Source of the DNA: Girardia tigrina | Lineage: Eukaryota | Assembly (NCBI GenBank): GCA_001938485.1 | Contig: MQRK01188858.1 | Coordinates: forward strand, 75,177-139,176 | DNA length: 64,000 bases | Direction: 5' to 3' | In this document: positions 1-12,480 of the stretch, in pieces | How positions within the stretch are numbered: position 1 is the stretch's first letter | Layout: every line of letters begins with the position of its first letter | Translations under genes and position numbers: made by a program | The notes under the pieces: generated by a model | Seen by the model: only the letters and a program-made list of their open reading frames with translations | Told to the model about the DNA's origin: nothing | Database searches by the model: none

Positions 1-32
<32 letters not shown>

Positions 33-158
33 GGTGTATTTTTAAATCATACCTTTATTTACATGTAAAAAGATTAATGGAATAAAAATAGAAGTCTTAA
101 ATACATAAAATTTAAATACATAATCACAATTTTTAAATATAAAAAACCTCATAATCAT

Positions 159-200
159 TGATCTGATGTTGACGGGGAAACCACCGAAATATGTTATTAT
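159..200 (+). ncRNA. Possible highly degenerate PLE-type hammerhead
   Basis: tgat-CTGATGttGA-c-gggg(aaa)ccacc-GAAAT-at-GTT-atta. Core has an insertion; it lies just downstream of a TA tract. Confidence 0.35.
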
Positions 201-1768
201 AAAACATATGTTAACTTTGCGTTCATATTATTTTATTAAAAAATGCTATTATTTTTAAAATTTATTTACATTTCTTTTAAATTTAATATAATATTTAATA
301 TCTGAAAATAAAATAATTATAATCAGTAAAAATATTAAAAATTAATATTATTTGAATAAATTTATTGTTTATATTACTCTACAAAATTTAAGAAAAATAA
401 GCTCGTTTTCCTAACAAAAAATAATTCTATTTGAGAAGTAACGAAAGGAAATATAATCAAGACTTTATTCCCACAGTTCTGCTGGAACTTGACTTGGCCA
501 GGCCCTAAAGGATTTGGATTGTAAACTGAAAAAAAGATAAACAAACTAGTTTACAAATAAATTTTAATTAATGGTAATTACACAAATCATTCTCCTTTAT
601 AATAATAATAAAAATCTAAAGTAACTTAACACGCTCCCTTTCCAAAACATAAAAAGCAAAATTAAGCCTGAAGTTCAATAGCTTTTTTCTAGCATATTCA
701 CTACATAATCATCCTGGCACATCCCATGTAAATCTAGGACTGTATCAGCGCGACCTGTAGACATTCGCGATTGAAATTGTATGTGTTCCTGATACACATG
801 TGGCTCAGGAACTTATTAGTGCTTTCTAAACGCAAGTTTCCTGAGCTCTATGCGATTCAGCGGACAAGAAACGTGTAAAGCCATGAGAATGTAAAAAGAT
901 AGGTCTAGTGAATTTTATTTTACTTCTTTGGTTTGTAATAATTTTATCAGTTATGAATTAATAAAATTTATTCTAATCAATGATTTCTAAAATAATAAGA
1001 GATTATTTTTACAAGACTACGAATAAAATTGAAAGCTTCACTTAAGGTTGCATTTATAGATATATTTTCTAGCGGGTACATTTGAAGTTCCATTATGTTA
1101 TGTTATGATAATTTGCAGAATCTTTTTGACCTATTTAAATAATTAAATCATGCCTAACTCAGCTTAGAATCATCTTGTTGATGGCCTAAAGAGTTATACA
1201 GTAAAATGAGCTTTTCAAATTTTTTGATGTAAAATGATCCAACAATAAATAACCTGCCTGATTATTTACAGATTCGTTTTCTAATCATTCTTATATCCGA
1301 AGAACATCCTTTCTACTCTTAAAAAATAATGTTTAATCATAGTTTATTTTATACGTATCATTTTTGACCCTGAAATGAAAGAAAGATTTGATGCAAAATA
1401 TACTTTATAATAGTATGGTGATCCAAAAAGTTGAAAACTAATTTAGATCAAAGAATGCTTAAATGATATTACTAAAATACTTTTTAATATTATTAAAATT
1501 TATTCCAATATTATCTAAACATAATTTAAATGAAATTATTATCTGACGTAAATTTTAATTTTCTAAAATTTTAAGTGGCATTTGTGTTCAATTACACTTT
1601 ATCAATAATCTTCTTTAATGTATCCATTAACAATCAATGTTAGGGGAAGCAGTATTCTATTTTTATAATCGAATATTTTATAAATCGAATAAACTATTTT
1701 TATTGAAAAATATTAATAATTTAAGAATTATTTCATGTAAAGTCAGTGTAATTTAAATAAAATTTTTT

Positions 1769-1807
<39 letters not shown>

Positions 1808-1811
<4 letters not shown>

Positions 1812-2258
1812 AGTCTACAAATGTAATCAACAAATTTAGTCTACCAGTATAAATGTCACAAGTGTGAATCATTGTACATTGGAGAGATAAATCGTCACCT
1901 CTGTACTAGAATTGCTGAACATACCCAATCAAGTAGAAAGAGCTCTATTTTAGATCACATTAAGAGCTATCATGGAACTCACCTGAGGGTAAAGGAGAGT
2001 GATTTTTGGGTTTTGATTAGTAATTTTGACTGTAACTATGAAATGATAATTACTCAAGCTCGGTTAATTAAGTTTCATAAACCTTGTTTAAACGTACAAA
2101 GTGATTTGTCCAATCATATCAGAGTTCTGATGTAAGATATGGTGACGTAATGGTCTTGAGACTTAAAATACAACAACGATTTACTTTAGTACAGAACTAA
2201 CGATGCCACAAAAGTGGTGAAACATGTTTTCAAATAAAATTTTAAATTAAAATGACTT

Positions 2259-2262
<4 letters not shown>
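1808..2262 (+). mobile_element. 5'-truncated Penelope-like element (GIY-YIG endonuclease 3' end, degenerate hammerhead, AATAAA) inside a (TA)n tract
   Basis: Frame ..VYQYKCHKCESLYIGEINRHLCTRIAEH..SSILDH..HKPCLNVQ is a PLE GIY-YIG signature. TA microsatellite on both sides. Confidence 0.85.
2194..2231 (+). ncRNA. Degenerate type I hammerhead ribozyme (G5A core mutation)
   Basis: gaa-CTAACGA-t-gccac(aaaa)gtggt-GAAAC-at-GTT-ttc. Stems I, II and III are recognisable; core CUGANGA is changed to CUAACGA. Confidence 0.7.
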
Positions 2263-2292
<30 letters not shown>

Positions 2293-2324
2293 ATAATCAG
2301 TATATAACTAAATTATATTTTTAG

Positions 2325-2845
2325 ACACCAACAGTTCCCGTTACTTCTAAACTTCCAAAAGCATCATCACAGTTAACATTTGAAATATCCTTAAATCCAA
2401 AACATAAAGAAAATCAACAACTGGGCCTTAATATCCTTTATCGAAATGAAAATGATTCTCCATCATTAGGTGTTGGAATATATATTCATTCTATTCTTAA
2501 CAACAGTCTTGCTGCGGAACAAGCCAATCTTTTAGTGCACGATAAATTAATTGGAATCAATGGCCAAAGTCTTGCTAATATGAATGTTTCAGATACAATC
2601 AATCTTCTGAAAACGGCTATGTCAACCAGTTCTGTTCTCAGTATAACAGTTATGCGAGAAAAGACTCTCGATCAGTTGGATGGGCCAACTGATAACACTT
2701 CAAAATCCATACCAAATTTAAATTATCAAGAATCTAATGTAAAACCTGATTTAAGTCATTGCCTTCTTCCAAATAAAATTACATTGGAACCTAAGCCTAG
2801 ACTGTCCAAACTTCGTCCAGAAAGCAAAACGTCCATCAATAATAA
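2325..2845 (+). CDS. PARD3: Par-3/Bazooka-like polarity protein, internal exon encoding PDZ3
   Basis: Acceptor ttttag|ACA at 2325, donor AA|gtaat at 2846. Translation ...QLTFEISLN...LGLNILYRNEND...GVGIYIHSILNNSLAAEQANLLVHDKLIGINGQSLANMNVSDTINLLKTAMST... follows the Par-3 PDZ3 pattern (LTFEVPLN...LGIFVKSII.GGAA..DGRL.VNDQLIAVNGESLL). Upstream exons lie outside the window. Confidence 0.9.
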
Positions 2846-3047
2846 GTAATATTTTTTTAATTAAAAGATTATTTTCTTGTTTGCTTTTATATGGCAATTA
2901 CTGTTTATTATATTTACAAAGATCTCAATTTTTCATTTGCAATGCGTTTCATATTTCTCAGAACAGTGATAAAAATGCATGCTTATTACTGAAAAAGTAG
3001 TATATTGAGAATAAACAGAAAGCAGTAAACAGAATAAATACACATAA

Positions 3048-3400
3048 TCAGTAACTATGTACAGCAGCACCACGATTGCGAATACAGGCCTGTAGTCTAC
3101 GTGGCATGGATTCTACGAGGGTTTTACAGTGAGTCTGAAAATAGGCATTAGTGTTCTAAATGGGCTTAATGCGTGCAATGAGTTCCTCTGTATTTGCAAT
3201 TGGCCTCTCATAAACTGGTCACTTCAAATGTGTCCAGAAGTTTTCTATGGGGTTCATGTCGCATGAATTGGGTGGCCATTCCATGCAATGAATGCCGTAG
3301 TTGTCGAGGTGCTGACGTGTCTTTATGGATACGTGATAGGGGGCGTTGTCCTGTTAGAAGGTGCACTGCGCCTGGGGGAATAACAAATCAGCCGTCTTTC
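3048..3400 (-). mobile_element. Tc1 (DD34E) transposase C-terminal relic
   Basis: Minus frame F*QDNAPYH...CMEWPPNSCDMNPIENFWTHLK*...LVESMPRRLQACIRNRG, with internal stops. Confidence 0.85.
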
Positions 3401-3416
3401 ATTCCGGCAGTGTTAC

Positions 3417-3938
3417 TATTAAGAACACCAATATGGGTTTTTTCAACTTTATTTTCATCACAATTTGAATTGTCTTTTAAACAATTCTCAGCAAAACTTT
3501 CATAATTTGACATCTTGCTAAATTGATAAATTTTTGTTAATGTCTTGTTAATAAACAATTATTCGAACAAATTTTCATTTTAAATGATTTTCAGATTTTA
3601 TTTTTAAAGTTCTAATTTTATAATTTTGGTTATAATTTTAACTAAATATTAATTCAATTGCAAAAATTATTTTATTTGAAAATATTAATTTAATCAATTT
3701 AAAAATTGGTTAAAAGTTATTTACTTTATTTAAATTTTTGATATTAAAGTTTGAAACGATTTAATATTTTAAAAGTTTTTAAATATCTTATACTGTATTT
3801 TAAAATGTAAATTATGGTCAAATAATTCATCGCGAACATCCAAAATATCAATTTTCCATCTGCGTTGGGAGAAACACATTTTCAAATACTAAACTCAACA
3901 TACAAATTTCAACATACCAAATTTAAAATATTCCTCAC
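3417..3938. repeat. Interspersed DNA-transposon-like repeat, copy 1
   Basis: Colinear and similar to 24603-25135, with a shared end ttcaacataccaaatttaaaatattcctcac and repeated subterminal motifs. Confidence 0.75.
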
Positions 3939-4094
3939 AGTTACAAAATACTGAACAAACAAAATATTAAACAGGCAAGTAAGATCGCACTCATGCAACA
4001 GACTCGGAAAGGCAACTGTTCTTAGTAATACGAATAATTAATTATTAATAAGTTTTGTTTCATTCCATTCTTTTTATTAGCTTACCTTCTACAT

Positions 4095-4134
<40 letters not shown>

Positions 4135-5012
4135 ATGGAATTTATAAACCTGGTTTTGAAGGCTTTTTACTCAGTCGATTTTCTTCAAACTTTGCACACT
4201 TACTCATTCTCGATGACAATAAATGATTTTGTAAAAATTTGATAGAAAAAAACCCTTTAATATCCCAAAATGGGAAAAAACGGAAAATTCGGAGTTCCCA
4301 AACAATATTAATTGCAAGATATCTACTTATAAATTATAAGTAGTTTATATTAATTTTTAATTTGTTTTTTTAATTAAAATTTTTTAAATTTTAAAAATTT
4401 TGTTGACAAAGTAGAGTTCTGTCTGCATAAAGAATGTATATAAAAAATTTAATTTTTTGATTTACTACTTTTTCTTCTAAAAATATTTCTTTAGAAATAG
4501 ATAAACAGGATAGGTTTCGTTGTTAATTCGGTTAATTATATAACAAATAGAATAGAATAGGTAACACATATTCTCATTTTCAGTACCAAGACTTCTACCC
4601 AAACATCCTCCAAGTGTTTAGTTACAATGTCACTCTGTCTTATAAACAACCTGCATTTGTGCAATTATTTCTTGGCTACTAGTTGTCCTTAAGAACAAAA
4701 ACTTTATAACGCTTTTAAATTCAATGTTATCTGACATTTTCTGATGAAATAATGAAATAGCGCAGTTTCTTTGATAAGTAACTTAGAAAAAAACAAAACC
4801 AATTTTCTTTACCTACAGATGTTTAAATATAATAAGAAATATCTATTTTATAAAGTAATTATTTCTTTTCGAATCTAAGTACTTATTGGGTGTAGCACGT
4901 ATTTTATGTCTTACTCTGTAACTTTACCGTGTACTCTAGCACACCTGCTAGCTTAACATTTAAAAAAATATTGTTTTGTTATATTTTTTTATAAATATTC
5001 CTTTATTATCAG

Positions 5013-5194
5013 TCGGTATTCTTCGAGTGATAGTGGATTACAAAACGAAAATGAAGAAATCTATCCTTATGGTTTTAATGCTTTTGAAAGAGAGGGCAAA
5101 GGTCGACGAAGTATGTCGGAGAAAGGTAAGGTGCATGATGATGCCACTCAATTCCAAATGTACAAAAATCGAAACAATCCTGAAGTTAATACAG
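5013..5194 (+). CDS. PARD3: Par-3 exon with aPKC-binding CR3 motif
   Basis: Acceptor ttatcag| is phase-compatible with the previous exon (aa+t). Translation RYSSSDSGLQNENEEIYPYGFNAFEREGKGRRSMSEKGKVHDDATQFQMYK matches Par-3 CR3 (AFQREGFGRQSMSEKR...DASQL). Donor G|gtaaaa. The ORF track does not show this frame. Confidence 0.9.
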
Positions 5195-5583
5195 GTAAAA
5201 CAATTTTTGTCTTTCCTTACACTTGATATCAATAATTTTTATCTATAATGATTATTATTACTTTATTATAGAATTGTTATTTTTATTTGTACATTTTTCG
5301 TGTAACATATGATGATTATGAGATAAGAAACATCTAGAGTAGGGTATCATTTACAAATAATTTAAGATTTTTCGTTTCGCTCTTTTTTGAATTATAGATT
5401 TACCAAATGTATCATTTCGTTTATTAATTCATCAAAATCTATCTCATTTTTATTTTTTCAACAGAACATCTTTTGATGCTTCCAAAAATAAAACAAAAAT
5501 CATTTTTTTAAAAATATTTTTGACAATGAAAATCTTTAAATCAATTATAATTAAAAATTCTTAATTTTATATTCCAAATAAAG

Positions 5584-5808
5584 ATCGTCAATATTCGACA
5601 TTGCCAACAACGTCTCATAGAAAGAAAATGATGAAACAAAATGACCAGTCTCCTCCTCCACTTCCTAACAAAACCCCTATGAAACCATCTCAGATAAAAA
5701 TCAAAAGCGCTCAAGAGTCTGGAACCAAATCATCTAACGGAACACCAAGTCGGATTCCAAACCGATCTTCGTCTTTACGTGATTCTTCAAGTACATCAAA
5801 TACAGAAC
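5584..5808 (+). CDS. PARD3: Par-3 exon, Ser/Pro-rich region (PPPLPNK)
   Basis: aag|at acceptor in phase 1 (g+at=D), open frame DRQYSTLPTTSHRKK...PPPLPNKTP...SNTE, donor C|gtaaaa followed by a 54-nt intron. Confidence 0.85.
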
Positions 5809-5862
5809 GTAAAATTTGTTGATTATTGGTTCACTTTATTTTTTATACCTTTCATTATTCAG

Positions 5863-6205
5863 AGAAATCACGCAGTTCCAAACCATATAGTCAAACCCCT
5901 ACCCATGAATTACCTGTTTTTAATCGTGCAATGAACAACAGCTTTAAGAAGGCTGTACAAAGATCTCTTCCCGACGCAAATGAACAGATAAAGACTAATC
6001 CTGCTAACTATTCAGTATCTCACAGCTCCAACAAGCATTATACAAATCCAGATCCTGTTACTCCGCATTCAGAAAAAGAATATCAAAACATTAAACAATC
6101 GTCATTATTTTCAAATAAAAATCAACAAAAAGAGAAAATGCCCAGATCAAATTCGGTCAAAAACGCCGAGAAAAAGAAATCTTTTAATATTAAAGATTTT
6201 TTAGC
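5863..6205 (+). CDS. PARD3: Par-3 exon with 14-3-3/Par-1-site-like motif (NNSFKKAVQRS)
   Basis: ttcag|ag acceptor is phase-compatible. FNRAMNNSFKKAVQRS resembles the conserved Par-3 R.RGCNESFRAAIDKS motif. Strong donor GC|gtaagt at 6206. Confidence 0.85.
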
Positions 6206-6342
6206 GTAAGTTATTATTATTATTATTGTATAAATATACTAATATTTATTTTAATTATATTTAATAATATTATTCTTGAGTCCTGTGAACTCTAATGTGA
6301 TATTTTTGAAAAATAATATATGTAAGGCTTGCTTTAGAAAAT

Positions 6343-6385
6343 GATTATTGTACATGTTTCATGCGTTATCATCAGTAATTATAAT
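6343..6385 (-). ncRNA. Possible degenerate PLE-type hammerhead (stem II eroded)
   Basis: Minus strand reads aatta-CTGATGA-taacgcat-GAAAC-at-GTA-caataat. Core and ACATGT palindrome are intact; stem II does not pair. Confidence 0.35.
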
Positions 6386-6568
6386 TTGTTACGAAAAATA
6401 ATTGGATCTTAATTGATGCTGAAGTAACAAACCATAGAAAGGTTACAGTGGTCCAAGATAATAAGCAGATGTGATAATCCTCTTAAACTGGATGTTTTCC
6501 AATGAATTTATCTTTTATAACTATTCCACAATATTTTAATCATCAAAAATATGACAATTTAACGAGGC

Positions 6569-6909
6569 GGGGCCATTGACTACAGGTCAGGTCAGGCAAT
6601 CTGTCTGATACAGGTACCATGTAAACCTGTAATACCTGTCCCATGGTCGAATAGTTGGCGACTAAACCGGTTGCCTCACCCAGAGCAACCTGGGTGAAGA
6701 GATGTGTGACTACCTAGTGTGGATGAAAAACAAAACCTAGCAAAGGGCGGATGAGCTCCTTGGAGCTAACGGCCATCTATACCTGGAGAGGAGATAGGCG
6801 CCACCAGGTTCCTTGTCTACTGAGACACTTAAATATATATGCAAACCCAAGCCATATGCTTGTGCATAATTGAGTGCACCCACGGCCAAAAGGCTACGGT
6901 ACCAAAAAA
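6569..6909 (+). mobile_element. SINE-like non-autonomous retroelement, GC-rich and structured
   Basis: Flanked by an imperfect TSD aacgaggc/aacaaggc, ends in an A-run, contains several hairpins, and has no credible ORF. Confidence 0.6.
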
Positions 6910-8281
6910 AACAAGGCAATAATAAAATAAAATAAAATATTTCTCAAAATAAAAATATGAATAGTTAAAATATGAAATAAATCAATTAGTATTTAATTAA
7001 ATGTTAATAATTATCAAGAAATAGACAAGTATTGAGAAGCTAAAGTATATAATCATGAGATACAAGAAGCATCTAACGATCCGAGAATCGTCGAAGGTCA
7101 CCGTAAATGGCCGATGAAAAGAGAAACTCTAACAAACAAATAAAATAAGAAAATAAAAAAGGTGTTTCTCGACTTGAATTGTACAGTGATAATTATAAGA
7201 AAACACTTGATTATTTCGAAAATAAAAGATTCTTATTCAGTTTCTTAACTTTCGAACTATCGGTAATCCATAATTTTTGAATCAAAAGACTAGATCCAAG
7301 CAAATACCCCTAAAATAACAATAACCATATCCTAACTATTTGACCACCATGATAGACTGTTTGTAACGGTTTATATTTGTTTATTTGATACTATTTTATT
7401 TGAGACATTAAGTTTTATTTGTCATTGAAGTGCGGGTCGGTCTAGTCGATCCACAAGTGTGATACCGGCGAGCCCAACGGGGTCATGCATCGTCCGCAAA
7501 TTGGCCGTTGTACTGGAAGAGAGAAAAGGCGATCGTAACATAAACTAAAGTTTATTTATAAAAATCACCAGATTTAAATTTGTTACACTCAATTTATTTT
7601 CGTTGGAAGATTCAAACAATTGTCATTTTTACAATATTTTTTTCGACGCAAACACCTCAGTCATTGGCACAATCGCGGTCAGTACGACTATAAACATCAA
7701 TGCTGCTTCTCCTTTGTAGGTAATTATAACAAATAATTTCAAAAATAGTTTTTGTACCTGTTTTGTACTCTTTTCATAATTTAAAGTAAGGAGGTGGGCC
7801 AAATTAGTCATGTTATTGACTTTTCATTTTACTTTCAATATATAATTTTTCTTGTCAGGTACAGAAAATTGATATTGGAAACCTAAATACTACTGAAAAG
7901 AAACTTTTATTTTTTTAATATTTGAATATCATGTAATCATTGATTTTTGTTCATTTGATTCGTATTTTAAATATGTGAACAAATTATTGTTTATGTAACC
8001 CAGAAAATTTTTGGAATAACAAGACAAAGGTTCTATAAAAACGGCCCATATTGGGAAATATGCATTCTTAATCCTTTGCGAATGAATATATTCTATACCA
8101 TGAGAAACAACAATATGGCTGACATACTGGAAATGTTTTTAAAAATGGGGTAAATTCGTCATTTATCTTGTTTGCAAATTTGTCACTATAATCGTCATGA
8201 TAAGAATGTGGTGTAAACTTTCGCTCTTTATTTTTATTGAATATTATTTTTATTATTAATATTTTTGAAAATAATTTAATA

Positions 8282-9058
8282 GGGGGGGGGTGGGGAAAAT
8301 TCGTCATGTCATTCTAGAAAAAAATCTCAGAATGTTCAAGCGTCTTCCTCTCCAGAAACCACAACCTAATGATTTTTTTGTGGTGAAATTCATTCCCTCA
8401 TTTCCCTCGTCGGAAAGAGTCCATATCCACTTTATTATGTTAGTTAAGTTGTTCGATGTATAAGGGAACCAGAACAAGATTGTACATTTAATGCGTGCAA
8501 AAACATGACAATAGTATGAACCAATTTGTTTACCCTCCAAGGGTCGACATATCATTTTATAGCAGCAATGACATTGTCCGTATTCTTACTCAACTTAAAA
8601 TGGTGCATTTAATTTATTACTTCTCGGATGATTTGACTGAATTCTCTACTCATTTGAGATAATTATTTCGCAGTCTTTTATCTTGTTAATAAATATTCTT
8701 GTTTATTGTTTTTTTATCACGTTTTGTACTATTAATTCCATAGGATACATAAGAATTGATGTGAAAAATATAATATTAGATAAGCAAGCGTCTTGACCAT
8801 TTTTATTTAAATGACAGTTATGTAATATGACGAATTTGCCCCAAGGCTGACGAATTTACCCAAGGGTGGGGCAAATTCATCGTGGTTAGATTTTTTGCAA
8901 TTTAATTGGTCATAAAAAATTCATTCCAAGAATGACCAGAGGTGTTTGTAAAGCTTGTCTATGCCGGCAAAAGTAGCACTTAATATGGAAGATCATAACT
9001 ATGTGGAAATTTTTACATTAAAAAATGTAAAAAACTGAAGACTTTGCCCCACCCACCC
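8282..9058 (-). mobile_element. pogo-like internally deleted DNA transposon
   Basis: TA-flanked TIRs gggggggggtggggaaaattcgtca / gaagactttgccccacccaccc. Internal repeats gacgaattt(g/a)ccc(c)aagg. Decayed coding-like sequence. Confidence 0.6.
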
Positions 9059-10908
9059 TATGTATTTTCTATGAATATTTAACAAAATAAAAACTGATGA
9101 TCTTAATCCACTCCACACTCTCAAAATAAAACCGTGTATTTGTAAGTGTAACATTTGCTAAGTCTAAATTAGCTTGCTTACATATTCCCTATTATTTTTT
9201 CGAACAATTTCTAGTTCGTTATCTTTACTAAATATATAATAAAATTAAGTTGACGATTTTATAGTTTCCTGCGTAACTTACAGTTGAAGGGATACCCTTC
9301 CGGCCCTTGAGTAGCAAAAATAAAGATTAGGTCGATATAATACGTTATGTGTGTAAATAAGGGTATTTTTTGCATTATTATTATTTTATTAAATGTTTTC
9401 CAAGTTATTTTTTCAATTATTTATTGATCAATTTGTAATTTCATTGTCATACGTGTTTACCTCTTCAAATTAAAATCGATAAACACGAATCAATTAATTA
9501 TTCAATAAGTTCTAATTAATTATTATTGATCGAATTGATAATATAAAAACGTCTACTCTGTCTCATCAGTCACTGAGACGTGTGTATGCGCGAGTGTGTG
9601 TAGACATATGGATGTGTGTACATTCATACTGGCTCGAGTGTGTGTGGCATTGGGGAATGGCATTACAAGAATACTAATTACAGATTTATTTGCATAATTG
9701 TAGACATGTCTTAATACTTTTTGAATAATGAAACTTACAATTTACAATAAATTCATTTCAATATATAATAGAAAAGTAATTCTAAAATGTGTCTCGTTTT
9801 CATTTCGAAATTGCCCTTAAATAATTTTTGGTTATTAAAATTTGGTATTTTTTTGATTGACAATGACGATCGCAAATGAAAATATATTAAATATTTCTAA
9901 ATTCTCCGGATTAATAAAATCCTATGGCTTAATATTTGTTTCGTCAAATTTATATAAAATCAACATCTCAAATAGATCAATAATTATTATGTGAACCACA
10001 ACCCTTATTTGAGCCGTTTATTTTGACAAATTTGTCAATTATTTTCGGGTGCCGATGATTATATATACGACTTCAAGTTATTTATCAATAAAATATTTTA
10101 GGTTACTTATATATCGGATAGATGCGATAATTCTGGACACAAGCTTATAGAGTACTTATATTTTTAATTGCATTGAAACACAAACCTTTAAATATCTCAA
10201 TTTAAGTAAAAATCAGGTCACTTTCAAAATAAACGGCTCATATAACTGTTCCAAAGCTGAGACGCTGCCATTCGTCGTTTATTTGATTTTCCGAAAAAAT
10301 ACCACAAAGGTCCTGGTCTACTCATCCCAGTGGTACATACATTTTCTGTACAATGACTTTCCATTATCATATAGAAGAGTCCCATCGTAAGGGTTATGAA
10401 TCAGCATTTCTTTTATAAGTGTTATGTTTAATTTGTCTAATTTTTAATAATATCAATGAATAATACGCACTTAAAAATATCGAATTCTTTCAATTCCATC
10501 AACTACGAAAAGATGTACGAAGATTATTTTCAGGTATTTCAGTAATATTCGCTTTTTTCATACTTAAGCATTGATTATAAGCTTTGTGTATCGTTATGAT
10601 TCATTGACTTTATCACAGATGAAAATATTGGACCAAGAAATATCTTTTTATTATTAATAGCAGCACAAGTGATAGATGAGCATTTATCAGCAGTTTCTTA
10701 TCACACTTGACATGTGAATAAACAGAAGTCAAGTACTGTTTATACATACTATAAACGAATATCGACTAATCATAACTTACATAGCAACTTTGGGACCTTT
10801 CAGTAGTATTTGTGGGTTAATAGTTATTGTTTGATTAGAAAGATTCAAATATATGTTTTAGAATTATTTCGATTACGTAATTATAAATAATCCATATTAT
10901 TTGAAAGC

Positions 10909-11357
10909 AGTAGCGTGCATAAAGGGGGGCGGCAGGGAGGCCCTGGCCATCCCAGAGACTTCCAAATAATACTTTTTTATTCTCTGTACATTTCTGAAAT
11001 GTTATCTTTTGTCATAAAAGTCGTATTCTTATAGCATTTCATTTTGGATTTAATTATTAATTGTGGCATTGTTTAATAATAAAATAAGTAATTGAAAGCG
11101 GTGTTTTAATTTAATATTAATTAAAATTCATTGGTTTTGCCGAATTTTCAAAGGAAGAAGTGTACATCTGAGTATCGTAAAATCAATGCTTTTTTCGAAA
11201 AAGTCAAAGCAATCAATTGAAGAAGAACCAGTTGAACTCATTGAAACAATTGCTAGCACTTCAAGGTCATGTTTTATAATTACTAGCAAAGTAGCGTACA
11301 TAAGGGGGGGGGCAGGAGGACCGTGCCCCGAGAACGAAATCGTATGCACGCCCTACT
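10909..11357. mobile_element. hAT-like non-autonomous element
   Basis: Left end cagtagcgtgcataaagggggggc, right end tatgcacgccctact, and an internal second copy of the left terminus at about 11290. Confidence 0.5.
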
Positions 11358-12480
11358 TTGAAAGAGATTTCATTTTTGAAATTAATAATTTAAGACATAA
11401 AGAATCTAAGTATTTGTAACACGAAAAAAAGTAAAATTAGTGTCAATGATTTGAAAGATTAAACTGAAAGGTCCAAAAATTATGAATATGCTTATGAATA
11501 AAAGGAATAAGAATTACGAATAATTTAGGTGAGAATTTCAAGGAAAATTTGCTTGAATTTTTCGAAACTTTTATCGCCTCCTATTTTTCAAAAAGTTTCT
11601 TGTGGGTCAGGCTGAGAACCCCATTTTTGAATTATTGATAAAATTTTTTGTGCAATAAATTCAAATAATTGATACAAAAATACGAAACTGCCGAAATTGA
11701 TACATGAACCGATGCACTGATGATCAGATCTGATCTGATATATTGATATCAATGAATTATTTAAAGTTACAAACAACTTGAAAATGAAATATTAGAGTAT
11801 TACACTGAAGGTCAAAAATGTAATCTAGATTGTGATGGTATATGGAGTACCGATTAATCCAATTGACATTTGAATAATTCGTCGAAGAGTTATTCTTTTT
11901 CATCAAAAATTGCATATATTTTACATAAATTTACCTTACAAAGTACTTTACTATTAAAGTGAAGCTGATTGTCGAGACTTGAATAGACTTGAACCAGGAG
12001 TCTTGTTTCTGTAATCAAATATTTATACTACTGTCTCCATAAATAAAATCAACTATTTCAACTTTGTTGAATTCTATTCTTTTCAATTACGTTTTGTAAA
12101 TACTTTTAAAATGTGACTTTTTTTCTCTTGACAAAAAAATCAAATGTTTTTTTTTTATTTTTTTGGGTAAATAAAATGACATTTGACATATCTTATGTCT
12201 TTAATAAATAACAGTAATTGGTTTTCTTTTTTGATATTGAGAAACATTTGCCATGTTTATCTTGTCAAAATAAGGAATTTAAATTTTAATTGAAAAAATA
12301 AAATTCATTTTAAAAATAAAAGATTTAAATTATGCTTTAATTTTTATCCGAATTAATTAATGGTGTAATTTAAAAGTCATACTTCAACTAAAAGTTAAAT
12401 AATATGCATTATCAAATAACTTTAAATAATATTTAAAATATTTATTAAAAAAATATTTATTGAGTTCAAATTATGTTTAA

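Noticed and set aside
3194-3505. 103-aa plus-strand ORF
   Set aside because: Antisense shadow of the Tc1 transposase relic. Similar shadows occur at 30224, 35969, 43675, 48227, 49664, 50030 and 50802.
4976-5248. ORF-track 90-aa protein
   Set aside because: Wrong frame. The real exon (Par-3 CR3) is in another frame.
9551-9580. CTGATGA on the minus strand as a hammerhead; 9434-9667 as a solo LTR
   Set aside because: No GAAA at the right spacing (only a gtctca/tgagac hairpin). The TGTAAT..ATTACA ends have no TSD.
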